From positions 2,491,528-2,531,527 of the forward strand of contig CP099514.1 of assembly GCA_025809375.1 (NCBI GenBank): a DNA stretch of 40,000 bases. Direction: 5' to 3'. Positions 25,931 through 33,961 of this stretch are shown piece after piece. Numbering within the stretch: the first letter of the stretch is position 1; every line of letters begins with the position of its first letter. The position numbers and the translations under genes are program-made. The stretch comes from Bacillus zhangzhouensis. Lineage in GTDB: Bacteria; Bacillota; Bacilli; Bacillales; Bacillaceae. Under the pieces are notes generated by a model that was not told the origin of the DNA, made no database searches, and was given only the letters and a program-made list of their open reading frames with translations.

Positions 25931-26571
25931 GAATCGCCCTCTTTTCGCTTGATCATGATTTGAATATCTTCCTCTTTTTCTTCACGAACTGCCTTTTTTG
26001 TTTTTTCAATCGTCAGTTCAATTTGCTTCAGCCTTAATCTTCGTTCATCCATCGCATGAGCGAGCTCTTCAAACTGTTTAATTAGACGCCTGAGTTCACC
26101 CATTGCACGGGATTGTGCATTTAAAAACGTCGCATGCCGATCCCATGAAAATTGAAACGAATATTCTTCTGAGCTGATGTGTAGTTCTGGCTGAATGCCT
26201 TCTCCTGTTTCATTTAATGAAGAAGGCATGTATGCCGCCTTTTTCAGCTCTTTGATCATGTCCTCTTGATCTGCTACATACATGATTCGCTGCGCCCGAA
26301 TAATGGCTGCATATTGAATTTGAATTTGGTCCCAGATTAAATCAAGCGATGTGCGTCCATCCATTTTCTCCATGATGTCTATCGTTTCATCTGAAAGAAA
26401 TTGATTGAAAATTGAGTGTGCTTGCTTTGACGAAGTTTTTTGTCTTTGCCATCCGTATCGCCTTTTCCACGATTTGACGGTATGGATTGAGACATTGTAA
26501 TGATCAGCAATTTGCTGGTACGTCATCCCCTTCATATAATCCTGCTTGGCCTGTATCCGTTTATCTTTCAT
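25927..26571 (-). CDS. xtmA: Terminase small subunit
   Basis: 214 aa with an N-terminal HTH ([27 protein letters not shown]). It is the first gene of the late operon. Confidence 0.85.
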   Translation of the reverse strand: MKDKRIQAKQDYMKGMTYQQIADHYNVSIHTVKSWKRRYGWQRQKTSSKQAHSIFNQFLSDETIDIMEKMDGRTSLDLIWDQIQIQYAAIIRAQRIMYVADQEDMIKELKKAAYMPSSLNETGEGIQPELHISSEEYSFQFSWDRHATFLNAQSRAMGELRRLIKQFEELAHAMDERRLRLKQIELTIEKTKKAVREEKEEDIQIMIKRKEGDS

Positions 26572-26602
26572 TTACATTCACCTGCCGCCTCCTTTTAATT
26601 CC

Positions 26603-26627
26603 AATGATTCCTTCTGAAGGAATCATT
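26603..26627. promoter_or_regulatory. 25-bp perfect palindrome in the xtmA leader
   Basis: AATGATTCCTTC-T-GAAGGAATCATT, about 30 nt upstream of the xtmA start. No U-run follows on the coding strand, so it is not a simple terminator. Confidence 0.6.
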
Positions 26628-26711
26628 TGTGCAGGGCTAGCAAACATTTGTTTGGTCTTTCTACCTATAGATGGCAACTGTAAGACAAAGCTTTAGCTGA
26701 TTTATTTTTGA

Positions 26712-26748
26712 ATAGAAAAAACGCCTATTCAGCAGCTCTGAATAGGCG
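26712..26748 (-). terminator. Strong rho-independent terminator at the 3' end of xpf
   Basis: 11-bp stem CGCCTATTCAG/CTGAATAGGCG, loop of 5, then T6 on the minus strand. The stem includes the xpf stop codon. Confidence 0.8.
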
Positions 26749-27243
26749 CTCTTGTACTTTTTTGGACATCTTCGTCCGCGCTCTTTCCATATGTTTTTGG
26801 ACAGTTCCTTTTTTGACATCCAGCATGACCGCAATTTCGCTAAATGATAGCCCTTGTGTTGTGTGCATAAAGAATACGTCCTTTTCTCGATCTGTTAAAA
26901 CAGACAAAGCTTCATCAATTCGTTTTTTGTCTCTCTCAGTGATTTCTCTTTCTTTCTCTTGAATCAGGGGATATTCATGTGATAAAGCCTCTAACACTTC
27001 TGGATTTGCGAGGATGGTACGCTGATAGACTGAACGTCTGTCTAATCCTCTGCGTGCACCTGGCTCTCTTCCGATTTGAAGCCATTCTACTACGTATTCT
27101 AGATCGCTCACCATGCTTGCGATCATTTTTTTATCATGCTTGTCTTGAACGGACAGCTGATGTTCTTCTTTTTCTTTAAATGGTTCATATTGTTTTCTAG
27201 CATTCTTTAATGCTCTTTTATATTCAATGAGTAAATCTTGCAT
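26725..27243 (-). CDS. xpf: Sigma-factor-like positive control factor of the late operon
   Basis: 172 aa. A C-terminal sigma-70 region-4-like HTH (LSFSEIAVMLDVKKGTVQKHMERARTKM). It lies immediately upstream of the terminase genes as in PBSX. Confidence 0.85.
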   Translation of the reverse strand: MQDLLIEYKRALKNARKQYEPFKEKEEHQLSVQDKHDKKMIASMVSDLEYVVEWLQIGREPGARRGLDRRSVYQRTILANPEVLEALSHEYPLIQEKEREITERDKKRIDEALSVLTDREKDVFFMHTTQGLSFSEIAVMLDVKKGTVQKHMERARTKMSKKVQERLFRAAE

Positions 27244-27267
27244 ATTTTGTCTCTCTCCCTTTTTTAA

Positions 27268-27325
27268 GAAAATAAAAAACGGACACCAATCAATCCCTTT
27301 TTTGCAGGGTCTTGATCAGTGTCCG
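27268..27325 (-). terminator. Terminator/attenuator between xtrA and xpf
   Basis: On the minus strand a long imperfect hairpin CGGACACTGATCAAGACCCTGC..GGGATTGATTGGTGTCCG is followed by TTTTTTATTTT. Only about 25 nt remain before the xpf start. Confidence 0.65.
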
Positions 27326-27371
27326 CAGGCTTTCCGTCTTGGACATATTGTGCTTTGATGTGTTCAGTCAG

Positions 27372-27578
27372 TTAGGTGATTTTAAAACCAATTTCGTGAT
27401 CTACTCTTGCAAAGTGACCTTTTGCCGTTTGAATAATGGTTTTTCCATGTTCAGGTACATCCATTTTATAAGCCGTTCCTATATTCCCATCTAACACGAT
27501 GACTTGAATTTTTCCTTTTTCCATCTCACCGGCAAATGTTTGGTTTTCTTGAATGAATAGTTGTTTTGGCTCGTTCAT
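27372..27578 (-). CDS. xtrA: XtrA-like small protein
   Basis: 68 aa, the same length and position (immediately upstream of xpf) as PBSX XtrA. Sequence identity was not verified. Confidence 0.55.
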   Translation of the reverse strand: MNEPKQLFIQENQTFAGEMEKGKIQVIVLDGNIGTAYKMDVPEHGKTIIQTAKGHFARVDHEIGFKIT

Positions 27579-27976
27579 ATGCTTGTCTCCTTTTTTGGTG
27601 ATGACCTCGTGCCGCCACCTACCGTATTGATAATGATTTCAACTCTTGGACACATACTATAAAACTGGGAAACTCTTAAATCGACAATCTGTAGCTGGAC
27701 TTCATCGGCTATAGAATGAAGTGCTTCTTGAATATGCTGTAGACTTGGCTGAAAAATGCTGACGTGTACGGGGCCTATCAACCCTTTTTCTGCGTATGTA
27801 CGCTTTTTTTGGCAGTCAGCTATGTGAAACGGCATGTGATCAAATAAACGAATCTCAAGTGATAGTGCGCTTTCTCATTTTTGCGGGCATTGCACTTTTG
27901 CAGCTGATCGTATTCGTTTCATCAATGTCTCTTTCATGAACAAATACTTATGTTCAATGAGTAAATGGATGACCAT
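27575..27976 (-). pseudogene. Early gene interrupted by an in-frame TGA (27875-27877)
   Basis: The 86-aa track ORF (start 27835) has no SD. The same frame is open upstream to ATG 27976, which has GGGAG 8 nt upstream, apart from one TGA. There is an ATGA overlap with xtrA at the 3' end. Confidence 0.45.
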
Positions 27977-28026
27977 GTCATGATCTCCCGTCATCCTCTG
28001 CCCACTGGCGGATGTCTTGTTCGTTT

Positions 28027-28365
28027 TTACTCGCTTTGAGCAAGTATTCCAAGAATGTCATGATTTGCTTCCATCGTTTCACGTCGCCCTGATCCCTCCT
28101 TTTTTGCATCATCAACCTTAGTTTCCAGGAGGGTCAAATATGTCTCTTTCTCTTCTGCTGTGGCAAAAACAAACATCGGTTTCTGATGATGAAAGGCGAT
28201 CCAGCCGCCAGCTTGGTCTAAACAAAGCTGCGCTTCTTTTCTGGTATCAAACGTCAGCTGATGTCTCATCTTCTTCAGCTCCCTCCAAACTGTCCTCAAT
28301 TTCTGTTTGGTATCCATTTCGTTTCCTGTCATATAACCAGTAGCTTTTTGGATAACCAAAGTCAT
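28027..28365 (-). CDS. Hypothetical early protein, start uncertain
   Basis: Protein-like sequence ..LTFDTRKEAQLCLDQAGGWIAFHHQKPMFVFATAEEKETYLTLLETKVDDAKKEG... Candidate starts are 28365, 28317 and 28269. The last has a GGAGGG SD and would remove most of the overlap with the 49-aa ORF. Confidence 0.5.
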   Translation of the reverse strand: MTLVIQKATGYMTGNEMDTKQKLRTVWRELKKMRHQLTFDTRKEAQLCLDQAGGWIAFHHQKPMFVFATAEEKETYLTLLETKVDDAKKEGSGRRETMEANHDILGILAQSE

Positions 28366-28399
28366 TCATCTGTGTCACCATTGGATGGTCAATATTCAT
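28250..28399 (-). CDS. 49-aa early ORF (below ORF-track cutoff)
   Basis: MNIDHPMVTQMNDFGYPKSYWLYDRKRNGYQTEIEDSLEGAEEDETSADV. A GAGGAG SD lies 9 nt upstream. The HP.V..M...GYP start resembles small Bacillus phage proteins (YqaI-like), from memory. Confidence 0.35.
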
Positions 28400-28536
28400 T
28401 CTGCTCGTCTCCTCTTTTCCAAGAATCGATCTCTCTTCAAGAAATTACTCTTTATGTGTAACTTTTGACCAAAAAAAAGCTCTTGAACACCGGTATATAT
28501 GCAATATGCGTTCCCCTCGTAAATTTTCAAGTTCAT
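28396..28536 (-). CDS. 46-aa first ORF of the leftward early transcript
   Basis: AAGAGGTGGAG SD and ATG 28536. ATGA overlap with the next ORF. It lies just downstream of the TTGACT promoter. No family recognised. Confidence 0.3.
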   Translation of the reverse strand: MNLKIYEGNAYCIYTGVQELFFGQKLHIKSNFLKRDRFLEKRRRAE

Positions 28537-28670
28537 CTCTCCACCTCTTACTCAATATGTGTAAGTTATATTCATTATGATAATATACACGAAAAGAGTA
28601 AGTCAATCATATTTTTATTCTTTTTGTGTATTTATTTATCTTTTCCGTGTAATTCGTGATAAAATTTACT
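28450..28670. promoter_or_regulatory. xre / early-operon divergent control region with five GTGTA(A/T) operator-like repeats
   Basis: TTT..GTGTAW occurs at 28456, 28559, 28586 (reverse), 28626 and 28647. The leftward -35 TTGACT is at 28601-28606, with one repeat between -35 and -10. The rightward extended -10 TGATAAAAT is at 28657-28665, abutting another repeat. Confidence 0.55.
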
Positions 28671-28695
28671 CATATCATGAAAAAAGGTGTTTCTG

Positions 28696-29073
28696 ATGGA
28701 TAATTTGACTGGGAAGATTCTAACTGAATTAAGAGAGAAGCATGGATGGAGCAAGTCAACAGTTGCTAAAAAACTCGGATTAAAAGCGATGTCCACTTAT
28801 GCAAACTGGGAATACGGCTTGAGAAAGCCCGACGGTGAAATGATTGTGAAAATTGCTGAGTTATATGGGGTCTCAACCGATTATCTTCTCACAGGTAAGG
28901 ACAAAGGCAAGCCCGCTGACGATCTTGCAGACGATCCTGATTTGCAAATTGCGTTTAAAGCAGCCTCAGATTTTTCCGAAGAAGCACGAAGACAAACCAT
29001 CGATTTTATTAACTACATTAAAGAGAAAGAGAAGCAAAAAGGCCGTCAGCCAAAACATCGAGACGACAATTGA
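28696..29073 (+). CDS. xre: Xre-type HTH repressor of the PBSX-like element
   Basis: ATG 28696 lies 6 nt after AAAGGTG. The HTH_3 core is followed by YGVSTDYLLTGKD, as in PBSX Xre (..VTTDYLLTGKD). It is divergent from the early and late genes. Confidence 0.85.
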   Translation: MDNLTGKILTELREKHGWSKSTVAKKLGLKAMSTYANWEYGLRKPDGEMIVKIAELYGVSTDYLLTGKDKGKPADDLADDPDLQIAFKAASDFSEEARRQTIDFINYIKEKEKQKGRQPKHRDDN

Positions 29074-29099
29074 TCATCTCTTTTCATCTGGTTTACATT

Positions 29100-29123
29100 G
29101 CTGGGATAAACCCAGCTTTTTTT
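29100..29123 (+). terminator. xre terminator
   Basis: GCTGGG-ATAAA-CCCAGC followed by T7. Confidence 0.75.
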
Positions 29124-29152
29124 ATACCTCTTTTTTCCCTTAAAAAGAAATG

Positions 29153-29182
29153 GCATATGAATAAAACATCATATGCTTTTTT
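29153..29182 (+). terminator. Second terminator-like hairpin
   Basis: GCATATGA, an 8-nt loop and TCATATGC followed by T6. Confidence 0.5.
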
Positions 29183-29365
29183 CATATCATGTCTTTTCCA
29201 ATAATATATGTATATACCAAAAAATCCAACTAGATCAAACAGCTCCGAACTTCACTTGAATTCATGCCGTACAACGCGGTTCAGTGACCGTTTCTTACTA
29301 TAATTCACTAGGCGAGCTTGTCATTAACGATATTACGATTCGATAAGCAATCTATACATATCTAA

Positions 29366-29393
29366 AGGCGATGACATGAAGTCATCGCCTTTT
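29366..29393 (+). terminator. Orphan rho-independent terminator
   Basis: 10-bp stem AGGCGATGAC/GTCATCGCCT, loop ATGAA, then TTT. It follows a short startless ORF fragment (..GSVTVSYYNSLGELVINDITIR). Confidence 0.6.
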
Positions 29394-29600
29394 GGTGTTT
29401 AGAGCTGGTTCCATCTGAATGAAGACAAAGTGAAGCGGGTATTCATCGGTAGAATCACAATATCAATACACATCACGCTCAAATTACGACAACTCATACA
29501 TACGATGACCGTGTGTTAACCACTAACATCATCTCAAAATCGTGATGGATTCGTAAAAAATTCGGCGTATAGTGCATTCTATGAAGCAGGTCAAAACTAA

Positions 29601-29741
29601 AACATTGTTGTCCAAAATTTAAGCCAAGATCACGACTTTAGCAATCTGAACAATGTTGTCTACTATGATAATGTAGAAGATGGTACGTTTGTCAACAATG
29701 GTGACGGTGAATATTTAAAAACTACTCTTATAAAAGAGTAG
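29601..29741 (+). pseudogene. Startless C-terminal gene fragment
   Basis: NIVVQNLSQDHDFSNLNNVVYYDNVEDGTFVNNGDGEYLKTTLIKE-stop, preceded by a TAA. Neighbouring frames carry further short protein-like pieces. Identity unknown. Confidence 0.3.
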
Positions 29742-29744
29742 TTT
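29719..29744. terminator. Hairpin shared by the gene fragment and convergent uppP
   Basis: ACTACTCTT-ATAA-AAGAGTAGT, extended by A/T pairs. A/T runs lie on both sides. Confidence 0.5.
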
Positions 29745-29750
29745 CCAGTT

Positions 29751-30584
29751 TTACATGAACAGGATAAATAAAATCACTCCTAGGAGAATTCGGTATATCG
29801 CAAAAGGCACCAGTTTGATTTTATTGATCAGTTTTAGGAAGAATCGAACAACAAAGAGAGCCACAACAAACGCACTCACAAAGCCGACGATAAAGAATGG
29901 CAGCATGTCTGGTGTTAAATATTCAGCATTTTTCACAAGAGTTAACAAGCTTGCTCCCGCCATAATCGGCATCGCCATGATAAATGTAAAGTCTGCCGCA
30001 GCACGGTGATTCAAACCAAGAATAACTCCGCCTGCGATCGTCGAACCTGAGCGCGAGAAGCCTGGCCATAATGCCAAACATTGAAACAGTCCAATAAAAA
30101 GCGCCTGTCTGTACGTCATGTTATCGACAGAGCTTGTTTCTGTTTTCCGTTTATTGATCCAGTCAGCGACAAGCATCAGCACTGCACCTAAAATCAAACC
30201 GACAGCGACCGTTCTGACGTCAAATAAGTATTTATCAATATAATCTTCAAATAAGAATCCTAAAATGACGGCTGGAACAAGTCCAACAGCAATTTGGGCG
30301 ATGGTCAGTTTATGCCCGCTGCGCTTTTGTTCTTCGGTGATATTTTTCTTTAAGCCCAATAAGTTTAAAATACGATCTTTAAACACGATCATGACAGCTA
30401 AAATAGAGCCTAACTGAATCACGACTTTAAATGTGTTCGCCGCTTCTGGCGTAATAATTTCCTTTGATTTTAACCAAAGATCATCGACAATGATCATGTG
30501 ACCTGTAGATGAAACAGGTGCGTACTCTGTTAATCCTTCGACAATTCCTAAAACCAGTGCCACGAATAAATCCCATAGATTCAT
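29751..30584 (-). CDS. uppP: Undecaprenyl-diphosphate phosphatase
   Basis: The likely start is ATG 30584 (MNLWDLFVALVLGIVEGLTEYAPVSSTGHMII), after GAAAGGAAAG. It carries the canonical BacA/UppP motifs (EGLTE..PVSS.GH and PGxSRSG). 277 aa. Confidence 0.92.
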   Translation of the reverse strand: MNLWDLFVALVLGIVEGLTEYAPVSSTGHMIIVDDLWLKSKEIITPEAANTFKVVIQLGSILAVMIVFKDRILNLLGLKKNITEEQKRSGHKLTIAQIAVGLVPAVILGFLFEDYIDKYLFDVRTVAVGLILGAVLMLVADWINKRKTETSSVDNMTYRQALFIGLFQCLALWPGFSRSGSTIAGGVILGLNHRAAADFTFIMAMPIMAGASLLTLVKNAEYLTPDMLPFFIVGFVSAFVVALFVVRFFLKLINKIKLVPFAIYRILLGVILFILFM

Positions 30585-30709
30585 GATTTTCTTTCCTTTC
30601 AATTCTGATCTTTTGAACACGCAAACATCTATGTCCACATAAAGACAAGCTTCCTAGATCGAAAGCTCGTCTTTATGATACTATATTTTTTCAGAAAAAG
30701 ATTATGACA

Positions 30710-31852
30710 TCAAACCTTTTCTTCTTTATACAAATTGGACCGCATTTTGAACCAATCAAACAAGTGGGTTGTGATGACCTTCAGAACGGCATACGTCGGA
30801 ATAGCGACAATGATGCCGACCACATTGAACAATTTCCCCGCTGTTAATAGGACAAAAATAATCGTGATCGGATGAATATGGAGATTTTTTCCCATGACCT
30901 GAGGAGAAATGAATTTCCCTTCAATGAGCTGAACCACTGTCCAGACAATAATGAGTTTTAACAGCATCACTGGTGACGTCACAAGTGCAATCACAATCGC
31001 TGGTGTAATCGCAATTGTTGGGCCAAGGTAAGGCACTACGCTTGTACATGCCGCAATGAGAGCGAGCAGCAGCGCATAGTCAAGTCCAATGATTAAATAA
31101 CCGATTAAAAGAAGAAAGCCGATACAGAAGCTGACAATGATCTGTCCGAGAATATACGAGCTCAGGCGATGGTTCATTTCGTGAAGCACAATATGTGTAT
31201 GTTCTCTCATCTTATTTGGAATAAATCCCAAGAAATAGTCAGGCAGCTTTTTGCCGTCTTTTAATAGATAAAACAGAATGAACGGCACAGTTACGATCGA
31301 GATGATAATTTCTGTGAGCGCTCCTAAGAATGTTCCTACACCGGTAAAGGTGCTTTCCAAAATCTTCGTCGCTTGACTGGATGCTTTACTTGCCAATTCA
31401 GACACGTTAAAGTTCATCGTGTTTTGCACTTGATTAATAAAGTTACTTCCTGTTAGTTGTCTAATTTGATCTTCTACCGTATCAACGTATTTCGGAAGAT
31501 TATGAAATAGACTCATGGTTTGCGCTTGTAAAAAAGGAATAATGGACACGATGGTCACTGTAATAATCCCAATAATGACAATATATAAAAGCAAAATGGA
31601 ATAGATCCGCTTGATTCTTGCTTTCTCTAACAAGTTGACAATTGGATTTAATAAATAATACACGACCCCCGTTAAAATAATAGGTAAGGCAATGGTTTTG
31701 ACGAGTACAATGAGCGGTGTGAAAATAAATGATGTTTTCATGAAAACAAGGATATTCAATCCGATTAATAGCAGGATGAGTAAAAAGAGAACAAACTTGT
31801 TATCAAGAAAAAATTTTCTAAATCGACTGCTCCACACTTGCATAGAATTCAT
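30710..31852 (-). CDS. AI-2E family (PerM/UPF0118) membrane transporter
   Basis: 380 aa, polytopic, with the characteristic central soluble loop. By position next to uppP it equals B. subtilis yubA. This is a synteny inference. Confidence 0.85.
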   Translation of the reverse strand: MNSMQVWSSRFRKFFLDNKFVLFLLILLLIGLNILVFMKTSFIFTPLIVLVKTIALPIILTGVVYYLLNPIVNLLEKARIKRIYSILLLYIVIIGIITVTIVSIIPFLQAQTMSLFHNLPKYVDTVEDQIRQLTGSNFINQVQNTMNFNVSELASKASSQATKILESTFTGVGTFLGALTEIIISIVTVPFILFYLLKDGKKLPDYFLGFIPNKMREHTHIVLHEMNHRLSSYILGQIIVSFCIGFLLLIGYLIIGLDYALLLALIAACTSVVPYLGPTIAITPAIVIALVTSPVMLLKLIIVWTVVQLIEGKFISPQVMGKNLHIHPITIIFVLLTAGKLFNVVGIIVAIPTYAVLKVITTHLFDWFKMRSNLYKEEKV

Positions 31853-31925
31853 ATCGTTCCTCCAAACACGGACTATTTTATGAGTAAATTGTACACTATT
31901 TGATCATGATATGGTGATCATTGTT

Positions 31926-32102
31926 TCAACTTTTTGCCCATTTTGCAATAGACATCGCCAAGACAATGAGTATCGGCTGTCCAATAAGCCTTAACCATAG
32001 CAAGGCTTGTTCTGTACTTTCTTGACCTTGAAATGGTATTCCTTCACGAGCAGCAAATAAGTTTGTAGGGAAAATGAGTACAAGATAGACAGCAATGGAT
32101 TT
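31926..32102 (-). pseudogene. Possible C-terminal fragment of a small DoxX-like membrane protein
   Basis: KSIAVYLVLIFPTNLFAAREGIPF....LLWLRLIGQPILIVLAM resembles the C-terminal half of DoxX-like proteins. The N-terminal part of the 78-aa track ORF is not protein-like and no credible start exists. Confidence 0.3.
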
Positions 32103-32300
32103 TGTGTTTCCTCCTCTCCCTTCTATCCTGAGTATTACCCGAAGAAGGAAGAAACTACCCACTGTTCGTACATTTATATCCTTTATGTAAGACGCATCAG
32201 CCTATATAAAGGTTTCATCCGCTTTTCAATAAAAAATTTTCTTTCATACAAACGCTTTCAAAGCATGTATAATCAGAGAAAAGCAGAAGGTGGGAATAAC

Positions 32301-33273
32301 ATGATTCGATTTGCTGTCATCGGAACGAACTGGAAGACAGATCGGTTTTTACAAGCTGGTGAAAGAATCGCTGATTTTACATGTACAGCCGTCTATTCAC
32401 GGTCCGCTGAAAAAGGACAGGCCTTTGCCGAAAAATATGAGATTGATACAGTTTTTACGAACTTACAACAAATGGCGGAAAGTGATACGTTTGATGCCGT
32501 GTATATTGCAAGTCCAAATGCCCTTCATAAAGAGCAAGCCATGTTGAAGATGAAGTATCAAAAGCATGTTTTATGCGAAAAACCATTCGCCTCTCATCGA
32601 AAAGAAGTGGAAGAAATGATTGCCGTAGCGAAAAAACATCAAGTTTGTTTGATGGAAGCGATGAAAACGACATTTCTGCCTAAATTTCCTTCAAATCAAG
32701 CAGCATCTTGATCAGCTGGGACCTATCAGGCAAGTGGTCGTGCATTACTGTAAATATTCCTCAAGATACGATGCCTATCGAAACGGCGAGCTTCCAAATG
32801 TCTTTAAGCCTGAGCTATTCAATGGTTCATCGGAGTGTACCTCGTTTACCCAGCCATATACTTATTGGGTCTGCCAAATCAAATCACCGCGAGAGGCTAT
32901 CATCTTTCTTCTGGTGTGGATGGGAACGGTTCAGTCCTTTTACAGTATGACGGGCATCAAGCACTTCTTTTTCATTCTAAAATTTCAACGTCTCATGTAT
33001 CGGCTGAAATTCAAGGCGAAGATGCCACCATGTTGATTGATCAATTCCACCGTCCTTCACGAATCACGATACATGACTGTGACGGACATCAAACTGACAT
33101 CTCTCTCAAAGATGATCAGCTAGCTATGTCTTATGAAATCAATCATTTTATTGAGTGTATTCAGCAGGGAATGGGGCAATACATTTGCCCTATCTGTTCA
33201 AACCATGTCCGTTATGGACGAAGCAAGAAGACAAATGGGTGTGATGTATCCTGCCGACAGACAAAATGTATAG
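32301..33273 (+). pseudogene. Gfo/Idh/MocA-family oxidoreductase (YulF-like) with at least 3 frameshifts
   Basis: MIRFAVIGTNW.. Rossmann N-terminus after GAAGGTGGG. The reading frame must switch near 32685, 32828 and 33170 to follow the family sequence (..VVVHYCKYSSRYDAYRNG.. / ..GVYLVYPAIYLLG..SSGVDGNGSVLLQYDG.. / ..NTFALSVQTMSVMDEARRQMGVMYPADRQNV-stop). Confidence 0.8.
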
Positions 33274-33287
33274 GGCACGACATGATG

Positions 33288-33328
33288 AACAAAGGGCGAA
33301 ATTATTTTTTGTTCGCCCTTTGTTTTTT
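33288..33328. terminator. Bidirectional terminator between the oxidoreductase pseudogene and the convergent PfpI gene
   Basis: 13-bp stem AACAAAGGGCGAA/TTCGCCCTTTGTT followed by TTTT. Confidence 0.75.
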
Positions 33329-33346
33329 ACGTTTCGTGTCAGTCGT

Positions 33347-33871
33347 TTATTTTGCCGCTAACACATCCGCAAATGCTTTCACATAAAGCGGAAGGTCCGG
33401 CGGACGTCTGCTAGAGATGAGGTGGCCATCTGTGACGACTGCCTCATCGAACCAGTCCGCACCAGCATTTGTCATATCATCTTTAATACCAGGTGTACTT
33501 GTCACTTGTCTGCCTTTCAGGATTCCTGCTGAAATCAGCACCCAGCCGGCATGGCAAATCTGCCCGATTGGCTTCGCCTTCGCATCAAATGTACGGACGA
33601 TGTCCAATACTTCTGGATAACGGCGCAGTTTATCAGGCGCCCATCCGCCAGGGACAAGTACAGCATCATAATCATCAGTTTGAATGGAATAAAAATCTGC
33701 ATCGGATTCAGCCGGCACACCATACTTCCCAATGTACTCATGATTTGCTTTTTCACCTACAAGATGGACAGTCGCCCCTTCTTCTCTTAAACGCAGAACC
33801 GGATACCACAGCTCTAAATCTTCAAATTCATCGCTGACAAACGCAATGACTTTCTTATCTGATAAACGCAT
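33347..33871 (-). CDS. DJ-1/PfpI-family protein (YraA/YfkM-like)
   Basis: 174 aa with the nucleophile-elbow context IGQICHAGWVLISAG and ..YDAVLVPGG.AP..LR. Confidence 0.88.
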   Translation of the reverse strand: MRLSDKKVIAFVSDEFEDLELWYPVLRLREEGATVHLVGEKANHEYIGKYGVPAESDADFYSIQTDDYDAVLVPGGWAPDKLRRYPEVLDIVRTFDAKAKPIGQICHAGWVLISAGILKGRQVTSTPGIKDDMTNAGADWFDEAVVTDGHLISSRRPPDLPLYVKAFADVLAAK

Positions 33872-33921
33872 ACTATCTCTCCCTTTCTTTCAATTTCCTC
33901 TATTGTACGAGATGTCCTGTT

Positions 33922-33955
33922 AAAAAGAAAAGCGGTTCCCCTTGAGGAGAACCAC
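33922..33955 (-). terminator. Terminator of the first chemoreceptor gene
   Basis: On the minus strand GTGGTTCTCC-TCAA-GGGGAACCGC (two G-U) is followed by TTTTCTTTTT. Confidence 0.7.
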
Positions 33956-33961
33956 TTAACC

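Larger units (their letters stand above)
4738..29123 (-). mobile_element. PBSX-like defective prophage / contractile phage-tail-like bacteriocin gene cluster
   Basis: The gene order is collinear with B. subtilis PBSX. In order it runs xre, xtrA, xpf, xtmA and xtmB. Then come portal, scaffold/protease, capsid and head-tail connector genes. Then come sheath, tube, chaperone with -1 frameshift, tape measure and LysM protein. It ends with xkdQ-U, fibre, xkdW and xkdX, xhlA and xhlB, and xlyA. No integrase, replication genes or ImmA-type protease are present. Confidence 0.9.

Noticed and set aside
30585-30638. N-terminal extensions offered by the ORF track (uppP to 30638; similarly xkdN to 16970, xkdF to 23152 and the membrane protein to 2419)
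   Set aside because: Internal ATGs with good SDs give proteins matching the expected family N-termini. The extensions have no SD.
31926-32162. 78-aa ORF as an intact small membrane protein gene
   Set aside because: Only the C-terminal ~58 residues look protein-like. The GTG start and first 20 residues are not convincing. I kept it only as a low-confidence gene fragment.
33274-33386. 3' tail of the 183-aa ORF 32835-33386
   Set aside because: It is a run-on in the wrong frame past the true stop (33271-33273), through the terminator and into the convergent PfpI gene.
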